A DNA stretch of 52,567 nucleotides, counting the filler, from Catajapyx aquilonaris (Eukaryota): the NCBI GenBank assembly GCA_000934665.2. It is 3 parts of 3 records of this genome, joined end to end, with 100 filler letters (N's around TTAATTAATTAA, not from the genome) between each part and the next. Parts side by side here need not be neighbours in the genome. Positions count along the whole stretch, not along the records: positions 17,527 to 35,048 come from JYFJ02006953.1; positions 35,149 to 52,567 come from KZ539620.1; 1 more part is not named here. The stretch is one strand, 5' to 3'. The translations under genes were made by a program, and so were the position numbers. Positions 34,688-48,200 of the stretch are shown here, piece after piece; the stretch's first letter is position 1, and every line of letters starts with the position of its first letter. Below the pieces are notes generated by a model. The model saw only the letters and a list, made by a program, of their open reading frames with translations. It was not told the DNA's origin and searched no databases.

Positions 34688-35048
34688 GCACCTGCTCACC
34701 GTTGGGCCTGTGCGAAGGGTTGCCTCAAGACCATGATAAAGTGGCCAAAACTTATTGAGACAGATTAGATTGTGGCCTACCATACCGTATGTAAAAACAA
34801 CAATTTGGCCAGAGGTATATATCCTGAAACGATGCAACCACCAGCACCAAGCACCCTTGGGTAGCCTACATGTATCATCAGTGAATCAAGTATTGTCCCG
34901 CCATGCGGGTTACAGTCTGGCCAGGATAACTTTGACCTCGCTCGTTAACCATCGACTACGCTTTCCTAGCTGCGTTTAATCGGCTACTCTTCTCTGGCGG
35001 AGTCACGTGGTGGTTGAAGGGGGAGGGGGATAGAGGGGGCATGGGAGG

Positions 35049-35148
35049 NNNNNNNNNNNNNNNNNNNNNNNNNNNNNNNNNNNNNNNNNNNNTTAATTAA
35101 TTAANNNNNNNNNNNNNNNNNNNNNNNNNNNNNNNNNNNNNNNNNNNN
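35049..35148. other. Artificial contig spacer
   Basis: 44 N + TTAATTAATTAA + 44 N. Confidence 0.95.
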
Positions 35149-35164
35149 AGGGGCCTAAGGCCCC

Positions 35165-35282
35165 TAGTCTAGTGACCCAGGGTAAGCTATCCCGGGGGCA
35201 ATCACCATGGCAGCATATGTAAGAGGATAGCAGTAAACAACCAGTTACCCCAGGGGGCAAGCTACCCCGGGTCACCAGACTA
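35165..35282. mobile_element. Small MITE (TAGTCT...AGACTA ends); identical copy at 38770-38887
   Basis: Imperfect TIR tagtctagtgacccagggta / taccccgggtcaccagacta; 35158-35282 equals 38763-38887. Confidence 0.8.
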
Positions 35283-35760
35283 CCTTAAAGTATATATATA
35301 TAAAGTAAAAGACTGAAATTGCATGCACACCTAGGTACTGTACAAAACACACATAATTACAATGTTTTTATCTCAAATAGCTGTTACACAATATTAAGTG
35401 ACTTGTATAGGGGAGGCAGAGTGGCACTGCGGTAATACGAGTATATGCGCCTACGGATGGAAGGCAGAAGAAAATCATGGTCCAGCTTAAATGTACTGTA
35501 TGCGTGGTGTAAATTTTCAATTGCATGAACTATCAGCAACCAAGATTGACACTTCAAACGTGGAGGCAGAACCTTCCCATCTGGGTGAAAGATTTGGTCA
35601 CAGCAAATCTGGCTTGACTCCAGCAATGGGGCAGGAAAAATCTTCTTAAGCCTGGCTTACTTAGGCAACCACTCTGACTTGTTAATGTTACATTTTAATG
35701 GCATTGGGAGCACTTCTTTTCTTCGGGAGTGCCCCCTTCTGCATGGTACTTTGCAATATA

Positions 35761-36640
35761 CGAGGGTCGGTCATAAGTTTCAATTATTGCATTATTTTTT
35801 TAAGAAGGGGATGTCGTAATTATTTTTGCTGGGGAGAGAGCACACATCCTTGAACTCTTAGCAGGTGCAAATAATCCCATGCAGTAGTAACACGGAACAT
35901 CGCTACAGCGTCCAAACCTAAATGGTGCAGAAGGTCGAGGTTTGCGCGGTGATTCACTTCCTACATTGGAAGGGGCACAAAAGAAAAGGGATTAATGCTG
36001 AGCTGGTTTCTGTGTACAGCAACAATGCCCCATCATAAGAAACAATGGTAGGGTGGCATAGACATTTCAAATGTGGACTAACAAGTCAGCAAGACAAACC
36101 CGAAGCGGGTGACTGTCACTCAGTGAAGCCAGGAATTGTTAAAGACATGGAGGCCCTAGTACTCACAGACCAGGGTAACACTGTCAATGCAATCATGGCA
36201 AAGGTCCACATCAGTCATGGGCCAGTATTAATCATCATCCACAATGAACTGCACATCACATAAGTCGCCACTGGCTGGGTGTCGTGATTTCTCACCCCAT
36301 TGCAAAAATGAAAGGATGTGGCATCGCAAATGTTGAAGCTGTGTCCGGCACACCCATATGACTTTTATCAACGGCTGATTACTATCTAGATGAGTGCTGG
36401 GTCTACCATTATGACCCCGAAACAAAGCAAACAGTGGAAGCATTGGTGATTTTCGAGGTGGAAAACTTTCTGAACAGCCAGAAAGAGGACTTCTACAACA
36501 AAGGTCTCCGCCGCCAGCTCATCCATCGATGGGAGAAGTGTGTCACTCTGAATGGATCATATGTAGAGAATGACTAACTCCACCACCAAAGTGAAAGTAG
36601 CTCTCTTCTTTCTTGGTGATAATTAAAACTTTATGGGGTG
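35761..36640 (+). mobile_element. Decayed mariner transposon
   Basis: Starts TA|cgagggtcggtcataagtttcaatta. Frameshifted transposase remnants MVQKVEVCAVIHFLHWKGH, WV*-FLT (WVPxxLT position), WVYHYDPETK, LIHRWEKCVTLNGSYVE. Right TIR degenerate. Confidence 0.85.
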
Positions 36641-37266
36641 GAACGGGTTGTTTATAGTTTTATTTTTACAGGTTTATGTGGGGTTAACTTGGTTCTCCCT
36701 TCATCGCTCACTGCCCCTTATAGGAAAATTTCATGAAGTTGTTGTTGTTGTTGTTTATGACCGCCCCTCCTAGCTCACACTTTATATTTAGCATTATGGC
36801 ATAGGTGTGTGCCGATGGGAACTTTTTCAGAACAATCCCGAGATGGTTGAGCAACATTTCAGCACATTTGATTTGGAATGACCCCAACATTTGAGAAATT
36901 TGGTTTTTTACTGCCCCAAGGTCAAAGACGAAGTTCAGACAAAATGAATGGTCATTGAGTTACGAGTGACTTAAGGAACATGGCAATAGTGTTGAATTCC
37001 CATGGACAATAATTGCAGTACATAATAGCTTATAATATCATACAGCAAGATTACCAGTCAATTTCAAATTTTTAAAAAAATAACTGATAGCACTCTGGTG
37101 AGCTAGGTAATTTTCAATGCCTTAGAAATAAGTACATTGTAACTTGCCATATCACATGAAAAAAACTGAATCACAAATCAGGACAACAAACATCAAGCCT
37201 CATCCAAAACTATGCATCAGTTTTCATAAGACACATGAATACAAACACTTGCACTGCTCTTATATC

Positions 37267-37480
37267 AGTTTTTTTTTTCTTCCTTCCTTCCTTTTTTAAA
37301 AAAAATCTTTTTCCTGTTCCTTTGTTTCTTTTCCCCCCCTTTATTTTTTTTCTTTCTTTTTTCTTTCTTCCTTTGTTTCTTTTCCCCCCCTTTCTTTTTT
37401 TTTCTTTTCTTTCTTTTCTTTCCTTTCTTTTCTTTTCTTCCTTTTCGTTTATTTTTTTCCCTTCCTTTCTTTTTTCTTTT
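37267..37480 (+). repeat. CT-rich low-complexity tract with an internal ~45-50 bp duplication
   Basis: ttcctttgtttctttt(t)ccccccctt occurs twice; produces the spurious F-rich and K-rich ORFs. Confidence 0.85.
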
Positions 37481-37869
37481 GTCAGGGGTCAGCCAGAAGA
37501 CTTTTCGGGCATGGTATTGGCATGTAAGGGACAAAATCAGATTCAAAGCATGTGCCTTGGGTTGAACTACAAGGCTAAGGTACTTTGGGTCAATGCTGAG
37601 AAATGTTTCTCTCACTACAGGTGATGTCAAAGTATTACAAAATGTAGGTCTTCTGTGTTAGAAGAAAGATTGTCTTCAGCATCCTTTATTTTATTTTATT
37701 TTTCTGCATGATCAATTTTTGAAGAGACCCACATCAACAGCTGTGCTTGGCAATAGGCAGTGTCAGGCAATGTGTCTGAAAATGCATTGCATCACCTTTC
37801 AAACATACTTTTATTGCCCATTTGAAACAAATTCAGTAGAGCAGCATTGTTCCCACACAGTTGAGCAAT

Positions 37870-40800
37870 TTATCGCTCTTCTTCTCTTTCCCCTTCTTCC
37901 TTCCCATCTCCCTCACATTCCCCCAACTGAAGCTCCCCAAATTCTTCACCCAGCTCCTCATCCAAGTTGTCCAAGTCATCCTCCACAAATAAGTTTTCGT
38001 CTATACAATAGACTCCTGTTTCCCCCCCAACTGCGCCACCACTCACACCTTCCACGCTTCCTTCTACTTCTGCTTCTTTCTCTACCTTCCCATTGTGAGT
38101 GGCCTCTTCCTCTTGCTTGAGCCTTTGCCATCTGTCAGTCTGGGCCTGAGTCCCACTTCCATCTGCTTCTATGGCCTCCAGATTATCCAGCCTCAACTCC
38201 ACATACTGAATAAGAAACCACAATTTTAATTTCTCTGCTCCCAGTAACCTACATGCATAGGCAATGGATACTCAAGGGTTGTACTGGGGGTTGTATATCA
38301 GCTGCCTATCTGCACAGGTAACTTTTTGGAAGGGATCAGCAAAACTTTGGAATGTTATTATTGGAAGGGATGAAAGTGTGTTCAAAGCCTGAATATAAGG
38401 GCGACCTGCAAGGCTTGAAAGGCAGTTAGGGTTACTGTGGAACTATTACTGACTATAGGCTTGAGTTCAGAGGCCGAGTCATCTGAGCTCTTTGGCATTT
38501 TTTCTTTATTTTCTCTCAAATTGCAACATAACTTGGAACCTGCACCAAAAGCTGCACCTTGTGGTGGACCCTGAAGGAGTATGTATAACTTGACTGGAAA
38601 AGCTTCAGGATTATGTCACAAGTCAAGAGAGAACACCTCACTGCCAGGATATTTTTCTGGCCACCCTGACTCTTGGCAACACATAGGCAGCCTGGGGTCC
38701 AAGCATGCTTATAGGCATGCCACCCTAACTGAGCCCAGTTAATCAGAATAAAATCGAAATCTAGGCCCCTAGTCTAGTGACCCAGGGTAAGCTATCCCGG
38801 GGGCAATCACCATGGCAGCATATGTAAGAGGATAGCAGTAAACAACCAGTTACCCCAGGGGGCAAGCTACCCCGGGTCACCAGACTATATACCCTAAGAA
38901 CAGTTCTATTTAGATATTATCTGGGTGGGAAATGGTTACTAGACAGGGCAAAGCAGTACATATGCCAAAATTGAAAGGTCAAGGTCACAGCCATTATAAG
39001 TCAGATTTATCTTCGTAAAGGCCAATAAACCTCTGATGCTACTTTAAAATAGCACGGCTTATTTTGGTTCCCTTTTGTAGCTAGTTCGAAATTTTTCATA
39101 CTTGTCATTTTTTAGAGTGATGCAATAGCCACACAGAAACCATGCTTAGGCTACTCTTTACTTGTCAAACAAAAAAATCACCTACACAAACACAGTGCAT
39201 ATGACAGATGGTATGGAGAAGTCACTTATTAATAGTTTAGCTGGGCATGAAAAGGTTAGAGCTTCATCCAAGGGGCAGCACGGCCAAGGGGCAACGGCCT
39301 AGACTGTGGGGGCAGCAAAGTAAATCAGGCTGGAGCAGCGATTCAGTGCGGTTTGAATGATATTGTGTCGCATGGGGCTAACACGTTGGTGAAATATTGA
39401 TTTTTTTAAATATGATTAAGTCATGCATGAGTCAAGCGGGGGGAGTAGCGGTGGCCAAAGAGTTAAGACTGTATTGCAGTGGTGATGTCTGACCCCCATT
39501 ATGTACTCGGGGNGGGGGGGAGGGGGGGGGGGGGTGCATATAGGTGATTAGACTTTCTCCCATCCACCAATTCATGCTCTCCCTTCTCCCCATGCTAAGT
39601 GGCGAGGGCAGGTAATCCTTTTCAGTACTGCTAACACATTGTAATGGGAGCATCTTTTAAATGCTTAGCTATTACAGGTCTGCTATTTAGCTCACCTTAT
39701 ACCCATCTTCCTCCACTTCTGCTTCTTCTCCTTCTGCCAGCCTGGTCGTGTCAAAAGCTTCATCACCATCATCACATTCATCCCCACCAATCAGGTCTGG
39801 ATTGAATGTGAACATCTCACGTCCTGAGAGCTGCAATGGGAAAATTTCAGTAATTGGTAGTTAAGTCTCTGGCTCCCGCATGTATATTATGCTGCACACC
39901 TGAAAAAAATTCACAACTAACTAAATGTTAGATAAGTGATCTCAATGATGAAGAAACACATAGAAAGATCTGGGCTATCATGTCATTGATCCCTTTTGTT
40001 TTTAAGTTTAGGTAAACTTTAAATTTGACACTTTTTAGATGTGAGCAAGGTAAAAAAAGTTGTCATGCAAATTTTTGCATGAAAATAAGAAACATGTTGT
40101 TCACCAGATCTCCAGTTCCCATGCATGAAGTGACATCAAACTTTCATCACAGTGCATAGTGACAAAGAAGTAAAATGTGAACCTCCTACACAGGTCAAGA
40201 TGGTCACCTTGACATATCAACAACAACTCAAAATCACTAGCCCTGTTGGCACTTTGCGTCAGTAAATTTTTCTCCATATTATTTGTCCTTCTCTTGGTAA
40301 CCCTGCAGGTACTTTCCCCTGTTTTCATAACAAGTATTAGTGCAAGTACCATTATTATCTGTTAGATCTGTGCAGGGTGCAGTCGATAGTCTAAAACCCC
40401 TCTACCATTCTCTCAAGATTGTGCACATTATTTTTTCACTCTGGTATAAAACATGTGGTATAGAAAAGGAACCCAAGAAACACCAAATAATAATACATGA
40501 AAAAAAAAATCAGATGACCCCTATCTCCTTGTAACATATGCAAATCTACAGGAGAAACTTACAGCAATACTTCTTCCAGCCTTATAGTCAGCCCGTTTCT
40601 TGTCTTCCTCTTTCTTGGCAGCATCAGCCTTTTCCTGCAGCTTCCTCCTTTTCCAAGCAAGAAAGGTAGCAAGAGTGACTTTCGTGAGCTGTTGTTCACC
40701 AGACCCAAGATTGGCTCTCTCCCTCTCAATCAATTCTTCCAGGCTGATCTCATCTTCCTTGCTGATCTTATCTGCTGCTTCCTTCTGCTTCTTGTCCCTC

Positions 40801-43800
40801 TTCAGTACGTAGCCAGGTGGGAGAGCATGTCGATGAGGACACTTTTCTCCATTAGGACAGTCCCAAAACCAGCCAAACTTCCGATTCTCAACTGCATCTA
40901 AGAAGTGTTTGCATACCTGTCAACAGCAATGAGTTAGTCACAATTTTCAGTCAGAATACAAAATGTCATGGCTTCACCCTAGATTACAAGGTGGGTGATT
41001 TTGCAGAAATACAGTATTGTTTTTTCTGTAAAAACTGCTGATACAAACTAATTACTATATTACCCCACAACCTGCAGCATGCTGGTATGGAACAAGGTCA
41101 ACCCAGTATACCCCAGGGGAACCAGCTGGCTGGTAGAAAGCGTGGTAATTTTTGTGATTGTCTTCTTTCCATTGAAATTACTGGCATTCCCAATAAATTA
41201 ATCAGAAGTTCACTGCACGAACAGGTTTATTGCCTCACTGGCAACAATATTAGGTACGTATTTTATACTCCATAGGCCTGTATCATGAGGTCCATTAAAA
41301 CTAAGGCAGTTACAGTATGTGTTTTTCAAAAGAAGCTTTCATGCTGGTGTAGGGTCAGTAACAATAATTTTGCTGTAGCTAGGGCTGCCTGTGAGTTAGT
41401 TCAAAGGGTGGGAAGGGGGTTGACTGCAGTGTCAATGTACCATAACACTATGCCACTATGTTGAGTGCTTAGTTCTCAGGTAAAGGCCCGTTTCCAAAGA
41501 AGCTTCAGCTTGAAAAAGTGCGCTCTGGTACTCGCTCTAGCTCCAGCTGCAACGCGTTTCTAGCGCTGGGTCAATATTTTAGCTCTCCTATTCAGCTTGC
41601 TTTGAACATCGAGCACGAGATGATATTCAAGCTGGAGCTGGAGCGTCTTTCTGACCAATCCGGCGCGGCTCCTGGGGTCACGAGGGACAATCTCGGTGGG
41701 GAGGTGGCTAGGGGTGGGGCGATGACGCAGGGTGGGGAGGCCAGGGCATAGTGAGGAAGGAGAGGGGAGGAAAAAAAAGATGACCTGTCGAAGGTCACGG
41801 AAGGAGCTGCTCGGGCAGAGGGCCCTGCCGATGCAGGGGGAGGCAGCGAGGAGAGACAGACTGATTAGCAACCTCAAAAGAGTGACCTTGAGCCTGAAGA
41901 GCAATCTCCTCCGCTTCGTTGTGATCGCCATCTTGGTTTTCGCAAGCTGGCACGAGCTGGAAAGCCAAAGCTTCTTTGGAAACCGGTCTGAGGGCGCTAG
42001 CTGTGAAGCACCGGCTAAGGTGAGCTCCAGAGCTCACTTTTTCAAGCTGAAGCTTCTTTGGAAACGGGCCTTAATGGAGTGGAAGTGAGAGCGCATTTTA
42101 TTGTAAAAGTGATTTACAGCTGCTATTCTTGACCAGTGATGCTGATGGGAAAATAAAATAAAACTACGGTGTGTTCTTCATTTTATGACGCAAAATAATT
42201 CAATCAGTTGTTTCGAAAACTACATGAGTCCATAGGACCGTACCATATTGATTTATAATTAATTGTTTTGCCACAAATACGGGACCAATCCAGGTCATCA
42301 GATAGGCACACATTATTGATAGAATCCTCCTGGAGCTGAATGCATAGGAGTCATGTGTGTGGAAACCTTTCCAGGCCCTCCAGGAACCACGTTTTGGAGG
42401 AAAACTGTGAGCAGTTGACCAGGAGTGGGTGCGTCACCCCTCCAAAATGCTGTTCCTGGATGGCCTGGGGAGGTTTCCACACCCATGACTCCTGTACATT
42501 CAGCTCCAGGAAGATTCTATCGATAATGTGTGCCTATCTGCCGACCTGTATTGGCCCTGTATCTGCGGCAAAAAAAATAATTGTAAACCAATATGGTCCG
42601 GTCCGGTGGACTTACGTGGTTTTCGAAACAGCTGATCCAATTATATCCTTTCCTCAGGTATAAAATATAAACAAAACTCTGCTCTCTATCAGAAGACCCA
42701 GCCTTATAACAGCATGCCGGTACAACCACCAGGTGTTTTTTCTAACACTGGGTCAACCCAATTTTTACAGGGCAGATTCCAGGGTAATATGGTAACACCC
42801 ATCCAGAACCAATTTTTAAAATATATCAATCACAACCCAAATGCTTCCAGGAGTTTCTTTTCTTGATGGGCTAAACAATCCATAACTTCTTTCCTTGAAG
42901 TGGTGCCTTGGGCAATGCACCACCGTGTATACTGGAAGAGTAGTCACAAATATTTCTCCCTTTCAGAAGATTAGGTGGAATACCAATGCTCAGCAATTAT
43001 TTCCATACCACGTGGTGGCCATTAATGAGCACAGAGGGATGAACACTGAAACACTTCCCATGTACTCACATTAGTGATCTTGGGCTTTCTCTTATCAGCC
43101 TCTCCATGCTTGGAAGCAGCCACCATATTCAACTTCTCCTCATCCCAATCTTCCCATCCTCCATCTTCTTTTCCAGCCCCCTCCCCATCCATTCCTTCAC
43201 GAGTGTCCACATACAAGCTGCGCTTCTCAGACTTTCTTTCCACACTCAGGTCATGAGAGAATTTACACTTGTCGCCTTTAGTGCAGATCCCCTGCTTGAA
43301 GAAAGCACACAAGACGGACTTTGGATCCACCCCTAGAAATTACAAGAAGAGGCATCTCTACAAAACACCATCACTTCAAAAACTTCTGGAACGTGACAAG
43401 AGTGAACTATGAAAAAAACTGACCTCTCTCCACCTTTTGCGACTGGACTGGCTTGAAGATTGTTTTAAGCTCTTCCTCCTCCTTCTTCTTCTTCTCCTTG
43501 TCCACCTTTTTGGTGTCTTCACTTCTTCCTCTGGCACCTCCAGGATTCTTGACCTGGTTTTGTACCTGTTGGATGTACTTTTGCATCTTTGCTCCCTTTT
43601 TATTCTTCAAGCCAAATGTCTTGTCCTGGAATAAGCAACCAAGTCTTTAAGTAACACCTCAGAAGATTTTTTGGCGTTTTTGAGTTAACACAACCATTAA
43701 AATCTTCCAGGTTCACATAATGAGTAAAACAGCCTGATCGAAATGAGTGTAGGAAGGAAGGTTAGGTTAGGTTGGTACAGCATCCCCCCCACCATCTCGT

Positions 43801-45832
43801 ATGTTTACTCTGAAGAAATGTCTAGACGCCAGGTATTTCAGGTTCCAGTTATGTCTGGAAACTGTACTTCAAAACCCCAGAAATCCCATCCATGCAGTCT
43901 TTTCCTGGGCCGACTATAACAGCACTCTTGGCATCACTCTTGAGATTCGAATTTGCCTCCGTCTACAGTCCCTGCAACACACATTAATGGTGGTTCGTGT
44001 GGCTGCCGTAATGAATGCGCCGTCCCAAAAAGTCAATACTTCCCGACCGGACTTGTGTTTGCGACACAGCCATTGCCCCCAGCCACTACTCACCCTTCCA
44101 CCTTCCTGTTCAAAACGATATATTTACTTTTCTTCATAATCACCTCCAACAGCAGTATACTTGGACCAACGATGCCAACGATGTACAAGTTTTTTCCTCC
44201 GGTCAGAGTAGGACTCAGGGCTGTGGGAGAGGCACAAAGCGCGAACAGCAGCCTCAACTTCTGCATTGGAACTGTACCGATTGCACTTCAGGTGTGTCTT
44301 CATTTTTGGAGAAGGGAAGAAGTCACAGGGCAGATGATGTCTGCTATTATGCTGGATGAGGCAGTACAGGGAAAGTGGGTCTTTAGAGGGCATCTTCATT
44401 TCCAGTGTGGTTGGGTGTGTGTGGTCAAGCATTATCATGATGAACAATGACATCCTTTCTTGGGCGCATCCTGCTCACTTGTGCTTAGAACCTCTGCAGT
44501 GTGTCTACATGCACCTCAGAATTCACAGTTTTGCGACCGGTCAGGAACTCAACACGCACGACACCTTTTCCAGAGACTCAAATTCCCTGCATATCCTCAT
44601 CTGGCGTATACAGCCAACATCTTTTGCTCCCTACGACTTCTTTCTTCTCTAAAAATGAAGATACACCTGAAGGGCAATCGATACAGCTCCAATGAAGAAA
44701 TTGAGGCTGCTGTTCGCGCTTTGTGCTTCTCTCACAGCCCTGAGTCCTACTCTGACAGGAGGAAAAAAAACGAGTACATCGTTGGTGCAAGTGTACTGCT
44801 GTTGGTGGTGATTACGAAGAAGAGTAAATATATGGTTTTGAAGAGGACATTTCAGGCTTTCATTTGATGTCACCCTCATTGTCCTGTGACATTAAAAATT
44901 CTATACGCATGGAGGCAAAAATTATCAGCATGCCCTCGTTTAAGGTAAAGTAGGGCTAGTCCCTGCATCTTTTAAATAGAACACTTGCGGCGTTCATTGC
45001 CAAAAAATCATTTATCCGTTATTCATGTTCAACATAATACCCGCTTATATCTATGCAGTTGCTGCGTTACCTAAAGCATTACCTGGTAATATTAAGCTGA
45101 ACTGAATCATATATCCAAGCTGTCAATTGCAACTTCTGCTTGAGAATGGTCTATTGGAACAATTGAAGGGTTTGTTGCAAAAACCATATAAGTCCAGTTT
45201 TGTTACTTTTGAGAAAACAAAGAAAACTGAATAACCTGCTTTTTAAAAATGTTTATAATGATAATTTTTTAGTTTAATTGAGGGATAACCAAGTATGTAC
45301 TGAACTGTGATGCAAAGCACACTTCCTTATGGGTGCATAGGTATAGGAACTTAAAAGAAAAGTGACAGCCCATTTAGATTTTATTATATATATTTTTTTC
45401 CAAATGTCCTCATATGGGGACTTTAGGACTATAGAGGCTATATTTTCTCACTGGAGGGCATGATAGGTCTGATTTTTGAACCAAAAGATGCAGAATACTC
45501 CCAAGATAGCCAAAAACCCATAACTCATTTTTCGGCCAAAAGTGGACTTATCCTGTTTTTGCACCAAACACCAAACACCCTTTATGACTATTTCACACAA
45601 CACGATAATTATTTGTATTGACAATTTTCCTTCCCATTACAAGCTGACTTGCTTAGTGCCTCACATGACTTATGTTCCGGGGCCTATTGCAATGTGCACA
45701 AATGTATAGAACAATTTATATCCTGAAAATATTGCAGCTCAAAAAGCGCACCTCAATAATTTTTTCTTTTTTCTTCTGATCGGTCTTCTTGCTCGGGCCG
45801 GCGGCTGCACTGGTCTTTGCTTTGGGTGGCAT
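37870..45832 (-). CDS. ZC3H15: Zinc finger CCCH domain-containing protein 15 (DFRP1); exons 45832-45752, 43625-43424, 43332-43070, 40916-40563, 39830-39696, 38205-37870
   Basis: MPPK...[117 protein letters not shown] acidic tail. All GT-AG, phases consistent. Confidence 0.96.
38770..38887. mobile_element. Small MITE in ZC3H15 intron 5, identical to 35165-35282
   Basis: Sequence identity read directly. Confidence 0.8.
41484..42071. mobile_element. PIF/Harbinger MITE in ZC3H15 intron 3
   Basis: TIR aggcccgtttccaaagaagcttcagcttgaaaaagtg; TAA TSD (41481-41483, 42072-42074). Confidence 0.92.
42196..42643. mobile_element. Fold-back MITE with ~200-bp diverged inverted arms
   Basis: e.g. cagataggcacacattattgatagaatcctcctggagctgaatg pairs with cattcagctccaggaagattctatcgataatgtgtgcctatctg; loop ~40 bp near 42400-42440. 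Confidence 0.85.
44104..44938. mobile_element. Mariner derivative with the transposase 3' end present on both strands
   Basis: Minus strand: [10 protein letters not shown] ... [30 protein letters not shown]...VGGDYEEK. Plus strand: [28 protein letters not shown], ending at TIR-like atcagcatgccctcg. Confidence 0.85.
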
Positions 45833-46651
45833 CTTTCAGTTCTTCTTTAAAAAGGTATGCTTCCAGAATAAAAATTTGGCGGCAGCTGGACCGTAGAAAG
45901 GCGAGCGCCTGATGAGGTACTTGCGTCCTGAACAGTGAGAACGTGAGAAGGAGCAGTTCTAGAAAAATCCGCAGCTAGTCGCTTCACCCGTATTTCCTGT
46001 GCCTGATGTAATTTCCTCTAGTGAGGAATTGGCCGAAAGATGTCTCTCATGCACGGTCTTCCACAGCAATGTATTTTTTATTGAGACATGGCGGGCAATA
46101 CGTTCAAACTCGATTATTATTGCCGGGGAAAGATGCTTGTAGGGTGGGCTCAATTGGTACTCCTAAGGGCTGTAAATGCATTTAAAATGCAAGCCATATA
46201 GATTAATCAATTTTGGTAGCAGACAACATTTCATTGTCTACTTTTTTTTTGTCTTTGTGTCATTTATGCAATGTGTTACACATGAATTAAACTACCATAT
46301 CCATACAACTACTTAAGGGGGAAGTGACATGGGGCTGCAATGATGTTCAGATGGGCAATATATTTTTTTCGTCATGTTCAACCTACAGCTGTTTAATTTA
46401 GCTTATTACGGATCTACGAAACATGCACATGAGAAGCTCACATGTAGCCCCGTTATCGCATAATATTGTTAAATCATTATATTACTGGATAACTACTCAT
46501 TTCCACAAGCAAAACAAGCCAGATGTAATAATAATTGACATTTGACAAGCAAAATCACATAACTTGGATCCTAACCTACCTCCAGATTTGTGGGTATAAT
46601 ATTGAAACTCCTTTTCTGTCCATATAATTGATGAAAGAATGATGATGTAAC

Positions 46652-46889
46652 CAGGCGCGGATCCGGGGAGGGGGGGGGGGGGGGGTTTTCCNNNNNNNNN
46701 NNNNNNNNNNNNNNNNNNNNNNNNNNNNNNNNNNNNNNNNNNNNNNNNNNNNNNNNNNNNNNNNNNNNNNNNNNNNNNNNNNNNNNNNNNNNNNNNNNNN
46801 NNNNNNNNNNNNNNNNNNNNNNNNNNNCCCCCCCCCCCCCCCACACACCTATACCCTTGTGCTGGAAAAAATTTCTGGATCCGCACCTG
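46652..46889. mobile_element. hAT-type MITE spanning a sequence gap
   Basis: TIR caggcgcggatcc / ggatccgcacctg; 8-bp TSD gatgtaac (46644-46651, 46890-46897). Confidence 0.88.
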
Positions 46890-48200
46890 GATGTAACAGC
46901 TAGGACAGGTGGGGATCGAGTAAGGAAGGGCCCTGTTGGTGAATTGTGGGATAGGCTGGCACGCTGGTAAGGTGATGGACCTTGGACAAGGTTAGGGGAG
47001 ACAAGGAGAGTCAAATAACATCATGTGGCTTCCTGTGAACGTCTTTCTGATTAACCCAAATAGCACAGTGATCAGACACCAAGCGCCTCCGCATGACGCC
47101 TCTTCCAGTAATGCCTGCCTCGCCTCACCTCACCAACACTGGCTCTTTGTCCTCCTGGTGGTTTCTTAGTCCTGGCTCTCTCACTGCAGCTTACTAGCAC
47201 GTTTGCCAAGTTAAATAACTACTGCTGCAATTAATACTGTAGCCCAACATTGGATTTCCTTGACATTATTAAGTAACAATGTCTCCTGATCTCATCTCAA
47301 AGCAGAATATGGTACCTACAAAAGCACAGTTTTGAATACTAAGCCCTATTGGTCCAAACACCATATAGGACAGGTGACACACGAAGATATGGTATAGAAG
47401 AGGAAGTAAGCAATAGGCAGAATATGAAAGTGGTTGGGCCTAATAATGGTATGTGGAGGAGTGGGAGGAAGAATCCTTCCTGGGACATCTCCTGGCTCTT
47501 CTGCCACTCTTGACATCAATGATTTTGTCCAGTGGTAGATGAGACTTGAAAGGAATTTCAGCATATTTGTTCCAAATGAAACTGGGGGTGCACACACACA
47601 TCTCTGTATCAGTTGTTGGCCTGATCTACCAGTGATGACAACAAGCACAGCCTGAACTGATTGGTGGTTTCCAAACACCACGATATAAACAGGGAAATAA
47701 ATTTCCAGTTCCTTTTATTGACATACAAACATGGGTTAATCATCACAAAAGGTACTTGCATGTGAAAAGATGCGTTAAGGTAATATTTTGTTCCCTCTGT
47801 TTAAACAGTATCATTACCACACTAGTAGCACTGAATCAGTATCACATGAGTCACTCATTTAGACCCTTTTCTTGTTTGTAACTTTCAAGAACTTCTGACA
47901 TAAAAACCTGAGATGGAATCAAAATTGATGACGATGACAATGATGTATGATGATAACTGTTGTGTATTGGCAGCAGGAAGAACGGACTCAAATGCTGAAC
48001 TACTAGTTGTATTATACAACATTTGGTACAGGGAGAGTGGAGGCTGGATCAAACTACTTAGCTAGGCTCACTGACAAGAAAAAACTGGGAAGCATTCTAA
48101 ATAGTCTGCATAGCAATTATCAATGATTACCAGTCGAGTAAACAGTAAACAGTCTGTTACTCAGTGACAGGACACAACAAATGACCGTGATATTGCTTTA

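Noticed and set aside
37235..37630. F-rich and K-rich ORFs
   Set aside because: Low-complexity CT tract.
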